NCBI GenBank assembly: GCA_001179505.1
Contig: CDMY01000756.1
Span: 1 to 23,869, forward strand
Reading direction: 5' to 3'
Origin: Vitrella brassicaformis CCMP3155
Taxonomy: Eukaryota; Protista; Chromerida
DNA: 23,869 nt
Of this stretch, positions 1-9,819 are shown piece after piece. Under the pieces are notes generated by a model that saw nothing but the letters and a program-made list of their open reading frames with translations, ran no database searches and was not told where the DNA came from. The translations under genes were made by a program, and so were the position numbers. The stretch's first letter is position 1. Every line of letters starts with the position of its first letter.

Positions 1-537
1 AGCACCATGGTCTTCAGGATGCTTGCGTGGCGCTTTGTCACAAGCCCTGAAGCCAACAAAAGAAACAAACACGATTCACATTGACACATGCTTACGTGTG
101 TGTGTGTGTATCTTCTGCCGCAGCCGAGTCTGGACCTAGAGAAGGACAGACAGGCAGGGAAAGGCAGATAGATGAGGCAGACAGCCAGTCAGAACAACAA
201 AAGGCACGCTTACATGTTCATGATGTGCATGCGAGTGCCGTGCCAAGCCGCGTGGTGATGCGGAGGTGGTAGCAAGAGCACAAGATGCCTCCCATCTCTC
301 CAAGCGTCATCCGCATGGCTTGACGAGCTGCTGTGAGCTGACAAACAGCCGAAGCACCTCGTCTGTTTCTTTCTCGATGATCTCGCTGACCGCCAACACC
401 TCATGCTGAGAGCTCGACAGCAACGACAAGCAAAAGCTGACGAGCGAGAGGGAGAGTTAGAGTGGAGACCGAGTTACACGGGCGAGATCTACGAGACATG
501 AATTGCGATGGATGTGGACCCAAGCTTGCGTGTCCAT
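1..537 (-). CDS. Possible 5' part of a minus-strand gene running off the left edge (hypothetical; frame contains an in-frame TGA)
   Basis: Minus-strand splice signals: GTAAG donors near 212 and 95, ...ctctag acceptor near 136, ...cttcag acceptor near 48. They can be joined as MDTQAWVHIHRNSCL / HEVLAVSEIIEKETDEVLRLFVSSQQLVKPCG*RLERW...HHEH / VQTRLRQKIHTHTH / RLVTKRHASILKTMVL. The model is not unique and needs either an extra intron or recoding at TGA 309-307. Confidence 0.25.
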
Positions 538-1062
538 GAGACCCCCGTCGTCACTGAATGCTTCTACCGGCTTCGTCACATTCCTACTCGCTACCCCGAG
601 CTACTGCTGATACTCCAACTACGGGTACCGTAAAACGAACGCAAGCGCCAGTTCGTATCGCAAACAACCCAGAGCTTCTGCCGGTTGTTTGGCACCCGTA
701 TGGCAAAGGTGTTATCCAGCTGAGGCGATTCGCCCAAACCGGGCAGACGCAAGGATTGACGCAAGGTACGGGGAGAGGTGAAGGGCCACAGGGAAGAGCT
801 CAGAGAGGCCGCACGACGCACTGGAGACAGCCTGTGTGCTGGTTGGCCACATCGACGCCTGAAATCCTGTGAAGGTGGCCGTCAAAGTCCGTGTTCTGTC
901 TCTGGTGTGGAATCAGGTGCTTGAGTTGGTCCGGGCAGCCTGCTGCCAGTTACTGGTAAGCGATGCCCCTCCATAGGCGCACATCCCACGTGTTGGTGAC
1001 CCTCCGTTGCACGGTTCTTCAGCTTTGTGTGAGGCGTCTTGTGCGCGTGTCGAGTTGCTACC

Positions 1063-4000
1063 ATGTCGGCCAACAACCCCCCCAATGCTCGCGAGAAGGA
1101 GAAGGAGGGCAAGAGCAAGCCCGCGCCGCCGCGCCAGATCCGTGTGCAGCCTCGGCGAGGCGCCAAGGACAGCGCGATCCATGCGTCCTTCTGCCGGGAG
1201 GGATGGGCCACTCTGACGCTGCCTGACGCGGTGAGTTAGAAGAGAACGGGCAGGGCGAGGAGAGACGTCATAGGTCTGAGCTGTGTCGATTATGTGGTGC
1301 TCTGCAGGTATTTGAGGCCATCCCTGGCGACTGGCGGAGTGCGTGGACTAAGTTTGCGGTGAGCCAAGTCAATTCAATCCAGAGAGTGTGCAGTGCACAA
1401 CGATGCGCATGTGTCCAAGTGTGTGTTGGTCTTGTGTGTGCAGGTGTTTCCGTACCGTTGGTGGCTGGTGTTCACGTCCTTCGAAGTGCGGGAGGAAGCC
1501 ACATTCAGATTCTTGTAAGGAGGGAGGAACCGCCGGCACAGCACCTACACAGACACCACACACTTGGATGGCCAACAAACTGTTCCTCATGTCATCGATG
1601 TCTGTGTTGTGTGCAGCGGCCCTGATGCGGACATGTCTCCCCAGGGCGAGAGTTTCAACCCCGTCCACGACTTTGTGCTCAAGAACGTCCTCGAGATACT
1701 CAAGTGCAGCGGCGTGGAGCAGCCCACACTCGACAAGGCCCTCAACGGCCGCACCATTCCGTCCACACCCAACAGCCCCCGCCACACTAGTGCTGCGGCA
1801 CAGGCCACCACCCCACCCGCGCACGGGCACACCCCACCGCAAGTCGATGGCGCCAGCGCGCTCTCCTCCCCCCAGCCCCCCTCCTCCCAACAGCACCAGC
1901 ACCAGCACCAGCCACAGCACCAGCAGCAGCACGCCCCCGCCACACCCCTGCTGCGCGACCTTCCCGTGGAGGCGCGTCTGACGTACCTGTCGTACAACCC
2001 GCTGCCGCTGGCCCCGCCGCCCGACTGGCTCAACACCGAGGACGTGCGGCACGTCATGGCGTGTGTGCAGGAGCCAGAGCTCGAGGAGCTCGTGACGCTC
2101 ATACTGCCCCTGGCACTCAAGCACGAGTGCTACCACGACGACCGCAAGCGCATGCTCGTCAAAGTCGGGCAGAAGCAGGGCGTCCTACTCACCAGCCCCC
2201 TCCTCGCCGACCTCTCCACCGCACTGGGAGGCGGCAAGGGCGGCGCCGGCAGGGCGGGACGGATGGCGCGGTCGTGCGACCACATCTCGGCGCAGCGCAC
2301 GGTGAGGGGCGTGGCCATCTACTCCCTGCGAGCGCGGCGTGACGACCTGGCGGCCCTCTTCGGGGTCCCCATCAAGCGCGCGGCCCACCCCGGTCCGGTG
2401 CACTCGGGTGCGGGCCTCTGCTGCACGCGGATCCTGGACACCGAGCCGGCGCCGCAGCTGGGTCACCTGTCGTCGGTGCACCTGCCCAGCATCTGCCTGC
2501 AGCGGCAGGACACAGCCGTGGTGCTGCCGCAGCTACTGTACCAGTGCATCGCACCCTACAACTCCCAATTCATCGCCGCCCACCAGCCACACCTGGCCTT
2601 CGCCCGACGCGAGTACGCCACCTCGCCCACCAAGAAAGCCGTGTGCGACGGCCGCATCCACGACAGTGCCCATCACAAGGGCGGGGGTGGGGGTGGGGGC
2701 GTGGGGGGAGGCCTGAAGATCGGAGGGGCGTCCGGTCTAGACGAGGACGAGGACATGCAGGGAGGGGGCGGGGGAGATGCTCGTGGGCAGGGTCTGGGTG
2801 GGGGTGGGGAGGCTGCCGGCGCTGGTGCTGGCGGTGGTTTTGGTAGTGCTGGTGTGACGCCGGGCCCCAGGCGTCGGCGTGGGCGGGGCAACGCGCCGCC
2901 CGTGAGGCGGTCGCCGCGGCTGGAGGAGAGCAAGGACTCGCGGCCATCAGGTACGTACGTACGCACGGATGCATGCATTCCCCACTGACAGGTCAGGTCC
3001 ACAAATCCACTGCATGTGCTATCTCTGTCTGCTTTTTCTCAGGCTCGCCACCTCCTGCAGCAGCGATGGCCGTTTCCTCTCCCAATATGTCGGGCGGCCC
3101 CCAGCAGCGGAAGGCGAGCGCCAAGGCAGGCCGCAAGCGGACGCGTCGCTCCAGTGGCCGGCCATCGCCATCGCCCCAGCCCAGCCGCCCCCGCTACCAC
3201 TTCCGTGGGCGACCGCCCCCCGAGCCATCCGATGACGAGCACAATGACAACGGCGAGGGCGACGACAACCAGACCCTGCACAGTCACAGCCACAGCGCCC
3301 CGTCTCCAAGCTCACCCACCGCCGAGCGCGCACAGCGAGACGAGGTCAAGAACGACGACGAGATCGCCGCGCTCGACCCGCACCAGTTCAACAGCGTGTC
3401 GAGGCTCACCTGCCGCCGGTTCGTGAGGTTCCCCGTGGTACGCCACGCCCGGCTGACCCGCATCGGCGCCCCCATGCGGTCCATCACGCCCTCTTTGGGC
3501 CTCAACGGCCGCCGCGGCCGGGAGCCGTTCGCCGCCGACAACGTGGGTATGAGCCCGGCGCTCAACCCGCGGCAGCCGCAGGGCCTCATCGGGACCGCGC
3601 CCACCATCGGGTATGCCTACAACCATGCCGGCGAGGAGGTCGCCAGGGCAGCCGGGGGCCAGCGCCAGCAGTCCCAGCAGCAGGCGCGGAAGGACAAGAA
3701 GCGCGAGCGGGAGAGGGAGAGGGAGCGCAACCACCACAATCGTCACGCGGGCAAGGGTGGGCTGGGGGCGACCCCGAACCCCTCGCCCGACCGGAAGCGT
3801 CCCCGCAAGAAGGACAAGAAGGCTGGTGGTAGGATGCGGCAGCAGGACATGGGTGGGTCGGGGGGCGAGTGGGCGTCGGGCGAAGACGGCAATGGCGATC
3901 CGTCGCCGCCCATGTCGCCCTCGGGTGCACCAGCAGCAGCAGCTGCTGCAGCCGCGGCGGGAGGGGGTGCAGCTGGCGGTCTGAACCTGGGCGGCGACCG

Positions 4001-6394
4001 CACGACGTGGGCCAACTTCGCCAACACGTCGGCGTACATCATCGGCCAGATGACGACCTACATGCGCGTGTGGGACTTCTTGCGGCTGCGTCGAACGGCC
4101 AAGAGCAACTGCGACCCGATCATCACCAAGTGCTTCCTGCAGCACCTGAGGCTGTTCGAGGATGAGCTGCAGGTCAGGAACCTCCCTGGCCTCACGCCCA
4201 TGCTCGCCGCAGCCAAGGAGGTCGACTGCAGCGCCATCAACCAGGCCGGCGTCCTCTCGCCACATGTGTGTTGCCTTGCGTAGTGTGCAACGGAGAGAAA
4301 GGGAGGGGACGGGTGCATGCCGCAATGGCTGATGGATGAGCGGGATGAATGCCTCTCTCTCTCTGTCTCTGTGTGTGTGTGTGTGTGTGTGTGTGCAGTC
4401 GATCCAGTTTGTGAGTGCGGTGTGCATTAAGGCCAAGAAGCTGTCGTTTGGCGTCAACTCACACGCTAACCTGTGCAAAGCGGTATGCAAGACACACACA
4501 CACACACACGGCCACACACGTGCTGACCTTCTCACACCTGCCTGTGCGTGTGTTGTGTTGATCAGATCACCCGGGCCCTCGGCCGTCGCCCGGAAGTCGT
4601 GTGCACCGAGGAAGCACGTAAGCTTTGTCTGTCGAGGCAAGAAATGCACACAGGGTGGCATCCATCCACGTGTGGGTGTGTTGTGTGTGTTGTGTGTTGT
4701 GTGTGTGTGCAGGTTCCGGTAGTCCAACGTTGGATTTGTGCGTGCAGCGGGAGGGCGGCAACGACCTCCACTTCCGCATGCCGATAGCCGTGCCATTCCG
4801 GTGAGTGAGAAAGGACACACGGCACACACACAGACGGATCCACGTCTGTCTACGACACGGAGAGAGGTGCCCGTCTGTCTGTCTGTCTGTTTTGTCTGGG
4901 TGTGTGTGTCTATCTATTGATTGGTCACACACAGCAAGTTGTTGCGTTACTATCGTGAGATCAGCGGCATCTCCGACGGCATCCTCGAGCTCAGCTACGA
5001 CAACCAGAGAACCATCGTACGTACCACAGACAGCACACACCCGCACACACACACATAACGCAACTGAAGATGTCTGGGTGCGGTGCATTCGTCTGCCTGT
5101 TAACCTGTCTGTCCTTCTGTGTGGGTGTATGTATCAGTTGTTGTCTGACATGACGCCAGCTGACTACCGTATGGAGGGCCGCGTGACGTTGTCCATTGAG
5201 CATCGCAAGGTCCTCCAGTACTCACAGAGGATCTGGATCTCACTCTTCCTCGAAGGTAGGTACTCACACACGAACAGCTAGCTGCACACACAGCCAAGAG
5301 GCGCAAGGGAGCGAGGGGGGGAGTGTGTATCTGGTCCATCTGTCATGTGTTGTGTGTGCTGGCTGCTGTGGGCAGGTGACAAGGACTTCCCCACTCTGCC
5401 GCGGCTGCGCTTCAACGCCGCCATGCAGACGCCTTTCTCGTAAGTAGAGAGAGGACATGAAGCACACCACACCACACCACACCACACACATGACGGAGAC
5501 AAGCACCGATACACGTGTGTGTCTGTCTGTGGTGTGGATGTGTGGTGCAGTCGTTTGGCGGAGAGCTACAGCCGCAACGTAGGTATCAAGGACACCGAAA
5601 TCGACCTCTACTTCCAGGTAGGTCACACAGGCAACAGACACACACACACACACAGACGCTCCAAACGAGTCCCTTGCCAGCGATGAATGAAGCGTGTGTG
5701 TGTGTGTGTGGTCTCCTGTACAGGGCAAGTTGCTGCCGCGTGACAAGACCCCCGTCGACTTCAAAATGGCCGACAACCAACACATCATGGTAGCGAAGCC
5801 ACTCACTCACCCCCCGGCGCATCCACATCTTTGTCTGCCTCCCTTCTTGTGCAGGTGCGCATGAAGCCCGGGTGCACCCCTCCCCCTCCCGCACAGCCCA
5901 ACAACAACCAGAACAACCAGCAGCCCCCCAACGACGGAGGGGCCGGGGGCGCCAACAACCAGCAGCCCCCCAATGCAGGCAATGGCGCTGGAGGCGACGG
6001 TGCTGGTGGAGGAAACAACCCTCCGGGCAACAACCCACCCCCGCCCCAACCACCAGGTGGCGGAAACAGTGACAACAACAACCAGCAGCAGCAGCAGCAG
6101 CCACAGGGGGGAGGGGGCGGTGGGGGTGGCCCCAACGCCGGTAGCGGTGAGATAGTGGAGGCCCGCGGTCAGGTGCAGGTGCTGGCTGCAGCCTCGAGGT
6201 ACCCGATGAAGCGGTGGCGGCTACGCGACGACAAGGAGGGCCGGGTGATGCGCACGGTGATCCAGAAGACCATGCGCGAGGGCAGCGGCGTGTATGCGAT
6301 TCCCATGCACGACATCCTTGACGCTGGCGAGAAGACTGACGCTGCCACCGGTACTGGTGGGCCCGCTTTCGCACCCGCAACGGAGGCGTGTTGA
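1063..6394 (+). CDS. Large multi-domain protein (~1,320-1,330 aa): unknown N-terminal domains, F-box-like motif, two tandem SUMO-like (Rad60-SLD type) domains, N/Q/G/P-rich tail
   Basis: Phase-consistent exon chain: 1063-1230, 1308-1358, 1444-1514, 1617-2950, 3043-(4220/4244/4250, donor ambiguous, all phase 0), 4399-4482, 4566-4617, 4713-4800, 4935-5016, 5138-5255, 5376-5439, 5551-5617, 5724-5789, 5855-6394 (TGA). Long exons match track ORFs 1564..2988, 2973..4283 and 5831..6394. Domain calls are by eye from the spliced translation. Confidence 0.8.
4008..4106 (+). other. F-box-like motif within the 1063-6394 gene
   Basis: WANFANTSAYIIGQMTTYMRVWDFLRLRRTAKS follows the F-box hydrophobic spacing (LLxxIFSYLxxxDLLRLxxVCKxW-like). 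Pattern recognition only, no HMM run. Confidence 0.5.
4251..5854 (+). repeat. Intronic microsatellite arrays ((CA)n, (TG)n, (CTGT)n, (CACCA)n, (AG)n, (ATGG)n); representative block, pattern present in nearly all introns of the window
   Basis: For example (TG)n at 4369-4395, (CA)n at ~4490-4508 and 5638-5653, (CACCA)n at ~5463-5487, (CTGT)n at ~4874-4890. Confidence 0.95.
4713..5203 (+). other. SUMO-like domain 1 (split over three exons)
   Basis: Spliced translation TLDLCVQREGGNDLHFRMPIAVPFRKLLRYYREISGISDGILELSYDNQRTILLSDMTPADYRMEGRVTLSIEH parallels SUMO (IKLKV...[58 protein letters not shown]). Confidence 0.65.
5228..5866 (+). other. SUMO-like domain 2 (split over five exons), no C-terminal di-Gly
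   Basis: RIWISLFLEGDKDFPTLPRLRFNAAMQTPFSRLAESYSRNVGIKDTEIDLYFQGKLLPRDKTPVDFKMADNQHIMVRMK matches SUMO/Rad60-SLD hallmarks (TPFxRLxxxY, G, F-x-G, TPxxxxMxDxxxIxV). Confidence 0.75.
5900..6140 (+). repeat. Coding low-complexity N/Q/G/P tract with a 20-bp direct repeat
   Basis: AACAACCAGCAGCCCCCCAA occurs at 5912 and 5954 (NNQQPPN twice), with AAC, CAG and GGN runs around it. Confidence 0.85.
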
Positions 6395-7152
6395 CGGTGG
6401 GGTGTCAGCTCGTCTCGTCACCACATCCATCCATCCATCCTTGAGTGTGCGCTGTGCTGCCTAGCTGAAGGACGAGGTTTGTTTTTTCCAGCCCTGCCTG
6501 CCTGCCGGCCTGCTTGCGTGTATGTGTGTGGGGGGGATGCGCTGGTGCAATTGGCGTGCGTCTTGTGTGCGTGTGTGTGTGTGAGATGGTGGGTGTGTGG
6601 ATTGATTATGTCGCGCACCACGACTCCCTACCTGCAAGGCTGGCTGCTTGCCTGAGGCACTGACTGAGGTACTGACTGACCCACACACCGCTGGCTAGCT
6701 GCAACCTGCATGAATTCGACAACAGACAGAGACACGTACAGGTGCAGAGAGAGAGAGAGAGAGACCACATCGATTAGCGATGGACGGCGGTCTCTTTGAT
6801 GGGCGCATGGATGGATGGATGGATGAAAGGTTAAGGGACCGCTTCTCCCGCTGTTAGTTGTGGTGAATGAGCACGTGTCTGTCTAGATGCATGGACGATG
6901 CGTGGCTAGACCTACCTGCGACAGACAGACAACTCCCGCCTCTTTCTGCCTGAAAACGCATCTTTACCCGTTCGTTCATTGAGGCGCGACCGCCCCCAAC
7001 ACAACCATTGCACATCAGCAACACGCACACATGCATGTACCTACAAGGCGATAGCAACAGGTCATTCCGCAGAGGCAACAGTCTTCACAGAAACCCATTG
7101 CAGGGAGTAGAGCTAGGCTTCCTTGGCAGACCACCAACGCACCCGGCCGGCC

Positions 7153-9678
7153 TCAATCGGCGGTGTCGCTTTCGCTTGCATGACTGCCACCGTCGTCGCT
7201 CCCGTCAAGCGCTGCCATGGACGCCTGAACACACACATGGAGGGAGGGAGGGAGGGAGGGAGGGAGGGAGACACAGGGAGCGTGGAACCATGAAAGGCCG
7301 TCTGTCTGTCTGTCTCTAAGTGCCCCGTCCATTCCTTGCTACCGCAAGTCTTTGGTCGTCGGCTTGCTTGTTCCTTCTTTCGTTGAGGCGTCTCCCGATG
7401 GCCTCCAGCAGGAGGGAGTCGCTGTCTTGCATCCTCCATATCAGCGCAGATATCTCCTGCGTCAGGACGTCCACATCCCTCGTCCCCACTCTGCTGCCCT
7501 TCCTCGACTGCCTCTCGACAGTCGCCACCGAGTCTCGGTACCGCTGCAGCTCACGGAAGAGCCGCTCCTGGTAGTCCAGAAACTGAAGCGACTCCCGGAA
7601 ACTCGTCTCTTCGTTGAGCATGGCCTGGGAGAGCTTGTCAATGTCGAATACTGACGTCAGCGGCGGCGGCATCTTGGTCTTGGCCATCAGCCGATTGGCC
7701 TCGTCAGGACACTCCCCCACAATGGACCCGCCCAGCGTCAGGTCAGCAAGGGGCCGTTGGCCGCACACGTGGTTATTGTCGCCCGAGAGCGGGCCTTGGC
7801 CAGTGGGTCCCGCAACGAGGCGTAAGAGGTTGCGGTCGGTGCGACCTGACGATCCAGACAACGTTGCACTTCTGCTGCTGCCACGGCTGGTCGGGCCGGT
7901 ATCTGACCTTCTGGGTGAAAGGGTTGCCTGCACACGACAGACAGACAGACAGACAGACACGTGAGAGGTCTTCCTTGCGTATGAAAAGTGGCTGAAGTCA
8001 CTCACCTGCCTGTCAGATCACGCGCCCTGACGGCCATGCCGAAGACCTTCGTCCCGATCTCTCGCCGGTAGTCGACATGCTGCGGCTTGTGGTGGTCGCC
8101 AGCAGCAGCACCCACCTTGCCGCGCGCCTCTCTCTGCTTCTCCCACTCAGCCTTGGTACGCCTGCACTCACACACATGGATAGATGGATGGCACCAACCA
8201 GCACATGGTGTGCGTGTGGATGGCTTACTGGATGATTTTCTGTTCGGTCTCGCGGACGAATCGCCTCTGGGCGACCTGCTGCCATGACGGCGTTCTCTCA
8301 GCCAGGGCGTCCTGATACGACAGGCAATTACAGAAGCTGTGTGTCCGCCGACTGCCTGCCTGCCTGCCTGACTGCCTGCCCGGCCCACCTAGGTACCTAC
8401 CTTCCTGGCTGCGTCCATCTCCTTCGTGCGCAGCCAGAAGGCGAAGTGCGTGTCGTCCTCCCACTCTGGCTGCGGCCCACTCGTAGACTCGAACCTCCCC
8501 CTGATGGCATTTGACAGACCGACGGCCGCCTCCCGTATGTCCCTGTCAGGGATGAGCTCGTCGTCCAGCTGGTTGACGCGCGAGTCGTCCAGCCTCGCCT
8601 GCAGGCACTTGAGGTGGACGGAGTAGGCCGCCACAAGCAGCGCGCGGTGGGCGGCCTTGAGGTGGCCGGCGATTTGGGTGTCTTGCATCAGACGGATGTG
8701 CGCGAGGATGTGCTTGGTGTCGCGGGTCAGCTCTGCCATGGGCACAGGGGCTGTGTCTGTCGGTCGCTTCCTCTTGTTGCCGTCTCTGCGCTGTTTCTCC
8801 AGGGCACCCAGGGCTCTCAGGATCCGCTCAAATGTCAGTTTGAAGGAGTAGTGCTGGAAACACGCAACCAACAAAGGCAGAGAATGTCCCAATCTCCTGT
8901 TAGTCATCACATGTATCAGCTCATCGATCGCACATACCTGTATTCCCTTCTCAGGCGGTCGCTGCTTTTTGGGCTCCGTGGCCGCACTGTGGGTGGGGCT
9001 GACGACCGACGGCTGCCTGCTGAGCGTGGCGCTGCTGCCCACCGTCCTCTGCGATGCGTAGGTGGGTGTCCGCCCACCCCAGTGAGTGGTACTTGCTGGC
9101 AAGGTTGAGGGCCTCCGTTGTGCGGCAAACGTGACCTGTCGGATGAGGTCCCGCCCTTCCCGGAGCGCTTCGAGGCAGTCCATATACACCTTGTCGTGGG
9201 CAGCTGATGGCGATGACGTGAAGAAGGGGAAACTGCAATCAATGCAATCACCAAACACATATCGGATCAGCAGGCAGGCAGGACAGGAATGAATTGACAC
9301 TCTCACGCGGGCGGCCCTCTTACTTTACTCACTCACTGGCATGCAAACATACCTTTGCTTGACGGCCTGCCTCCATGTGTGGGTGGCTATCTCGTCCTCC
9401 AGTGTCTCACTGAGGCCGTCCTCAGACACACCCTCCTCCCCGGGCGCTGCCTCCATCCACCGCTGTGCGAGGCTGTCTTGAAGTTCCACAGCCGCTTTGA
9501 GAAGATCAGCAGGACCAAGCCCCCTTGCGCCCTTGACGCTCGGCAGGCCATCCTCGAAGCTTATCGAAGACTCACTGCTGCTTTCCTCACCCCTGGCGTC
9601 AGCATCGCTCTCCTGCAATGGCCCATTTTGGCACTCTTTGCCGCCTGTTTGATCCTCAGAAGCGCTCTCGTCTATCAT
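7153..9678 (-). CDS. Hypothetical protein (~635 aa), acidic N-terminus, helical/coiled-coil-rich body, no recognised domain
   Basis: Phase-consistent exons (minus): 9678-9353, 9232-8938, 8853-8401, 8311-8229, 8161-8006, 7927-7908, 7845-7343, 7224-7153 (TGA), all GT-AG. They explain track ORFs 9325..9942, 8389..9306, 8002..8388 and 7316..8005. ATG 9678 is the first in-frame ATG (the track's 9942 start is TTG). The 20-nt exon and the last exon are less certain. Confidence 0.7.
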
Positions 9679-9819
9679 TCTTGCTGTGCTATTTGTCCCT
9701 GTCTCTTTCGGTAGCTCGCATTTCTTTCCAGAGTTTGCGTCGCGGAGGAGTACGGTTGCAGCGGCTCTGTTGGTTGTTTGGCAATAGCTAGCTAGATTCT
9801 TGAGAGTCCCCTGTCGAGG
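9679..9819. promoter_or_regulatory. 141-bp divergent (head-to-head) interval; candidate bidirectional promoter or overlapping 5' UTRs
   Basis: Lies between ATG 9678 (-) and ATG 9820 (+). Contains the palindrome TAGCTAGCTA at 9785-9794. Confidence 0.45.

Noticed and set aside
2682-2710. G-run clusters (also 22550-22576)
   Set aside because: Explained by poly-Gly and poly-Pro codons in coding exons.
2951-2980. GTACGTACGTAC and ATGCATGCAT (TGCATGCA, an ApiAP2-type motif) palindromes
   Set aside because: Located at an intron donor within simple-repeat context; no positional evidence for regulation.
3312-5806. Long antisense ORFs (e.g. 3312..4829 -, 1369..2136 -, 5586..6380 -, 14766..15575 +, 21951..23072 +)
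   Set aside because: Shadows of GC-rich coding exons plus stop-poor microsatellite introns (HTHTHT/VCVCVC translations); no domain signal.
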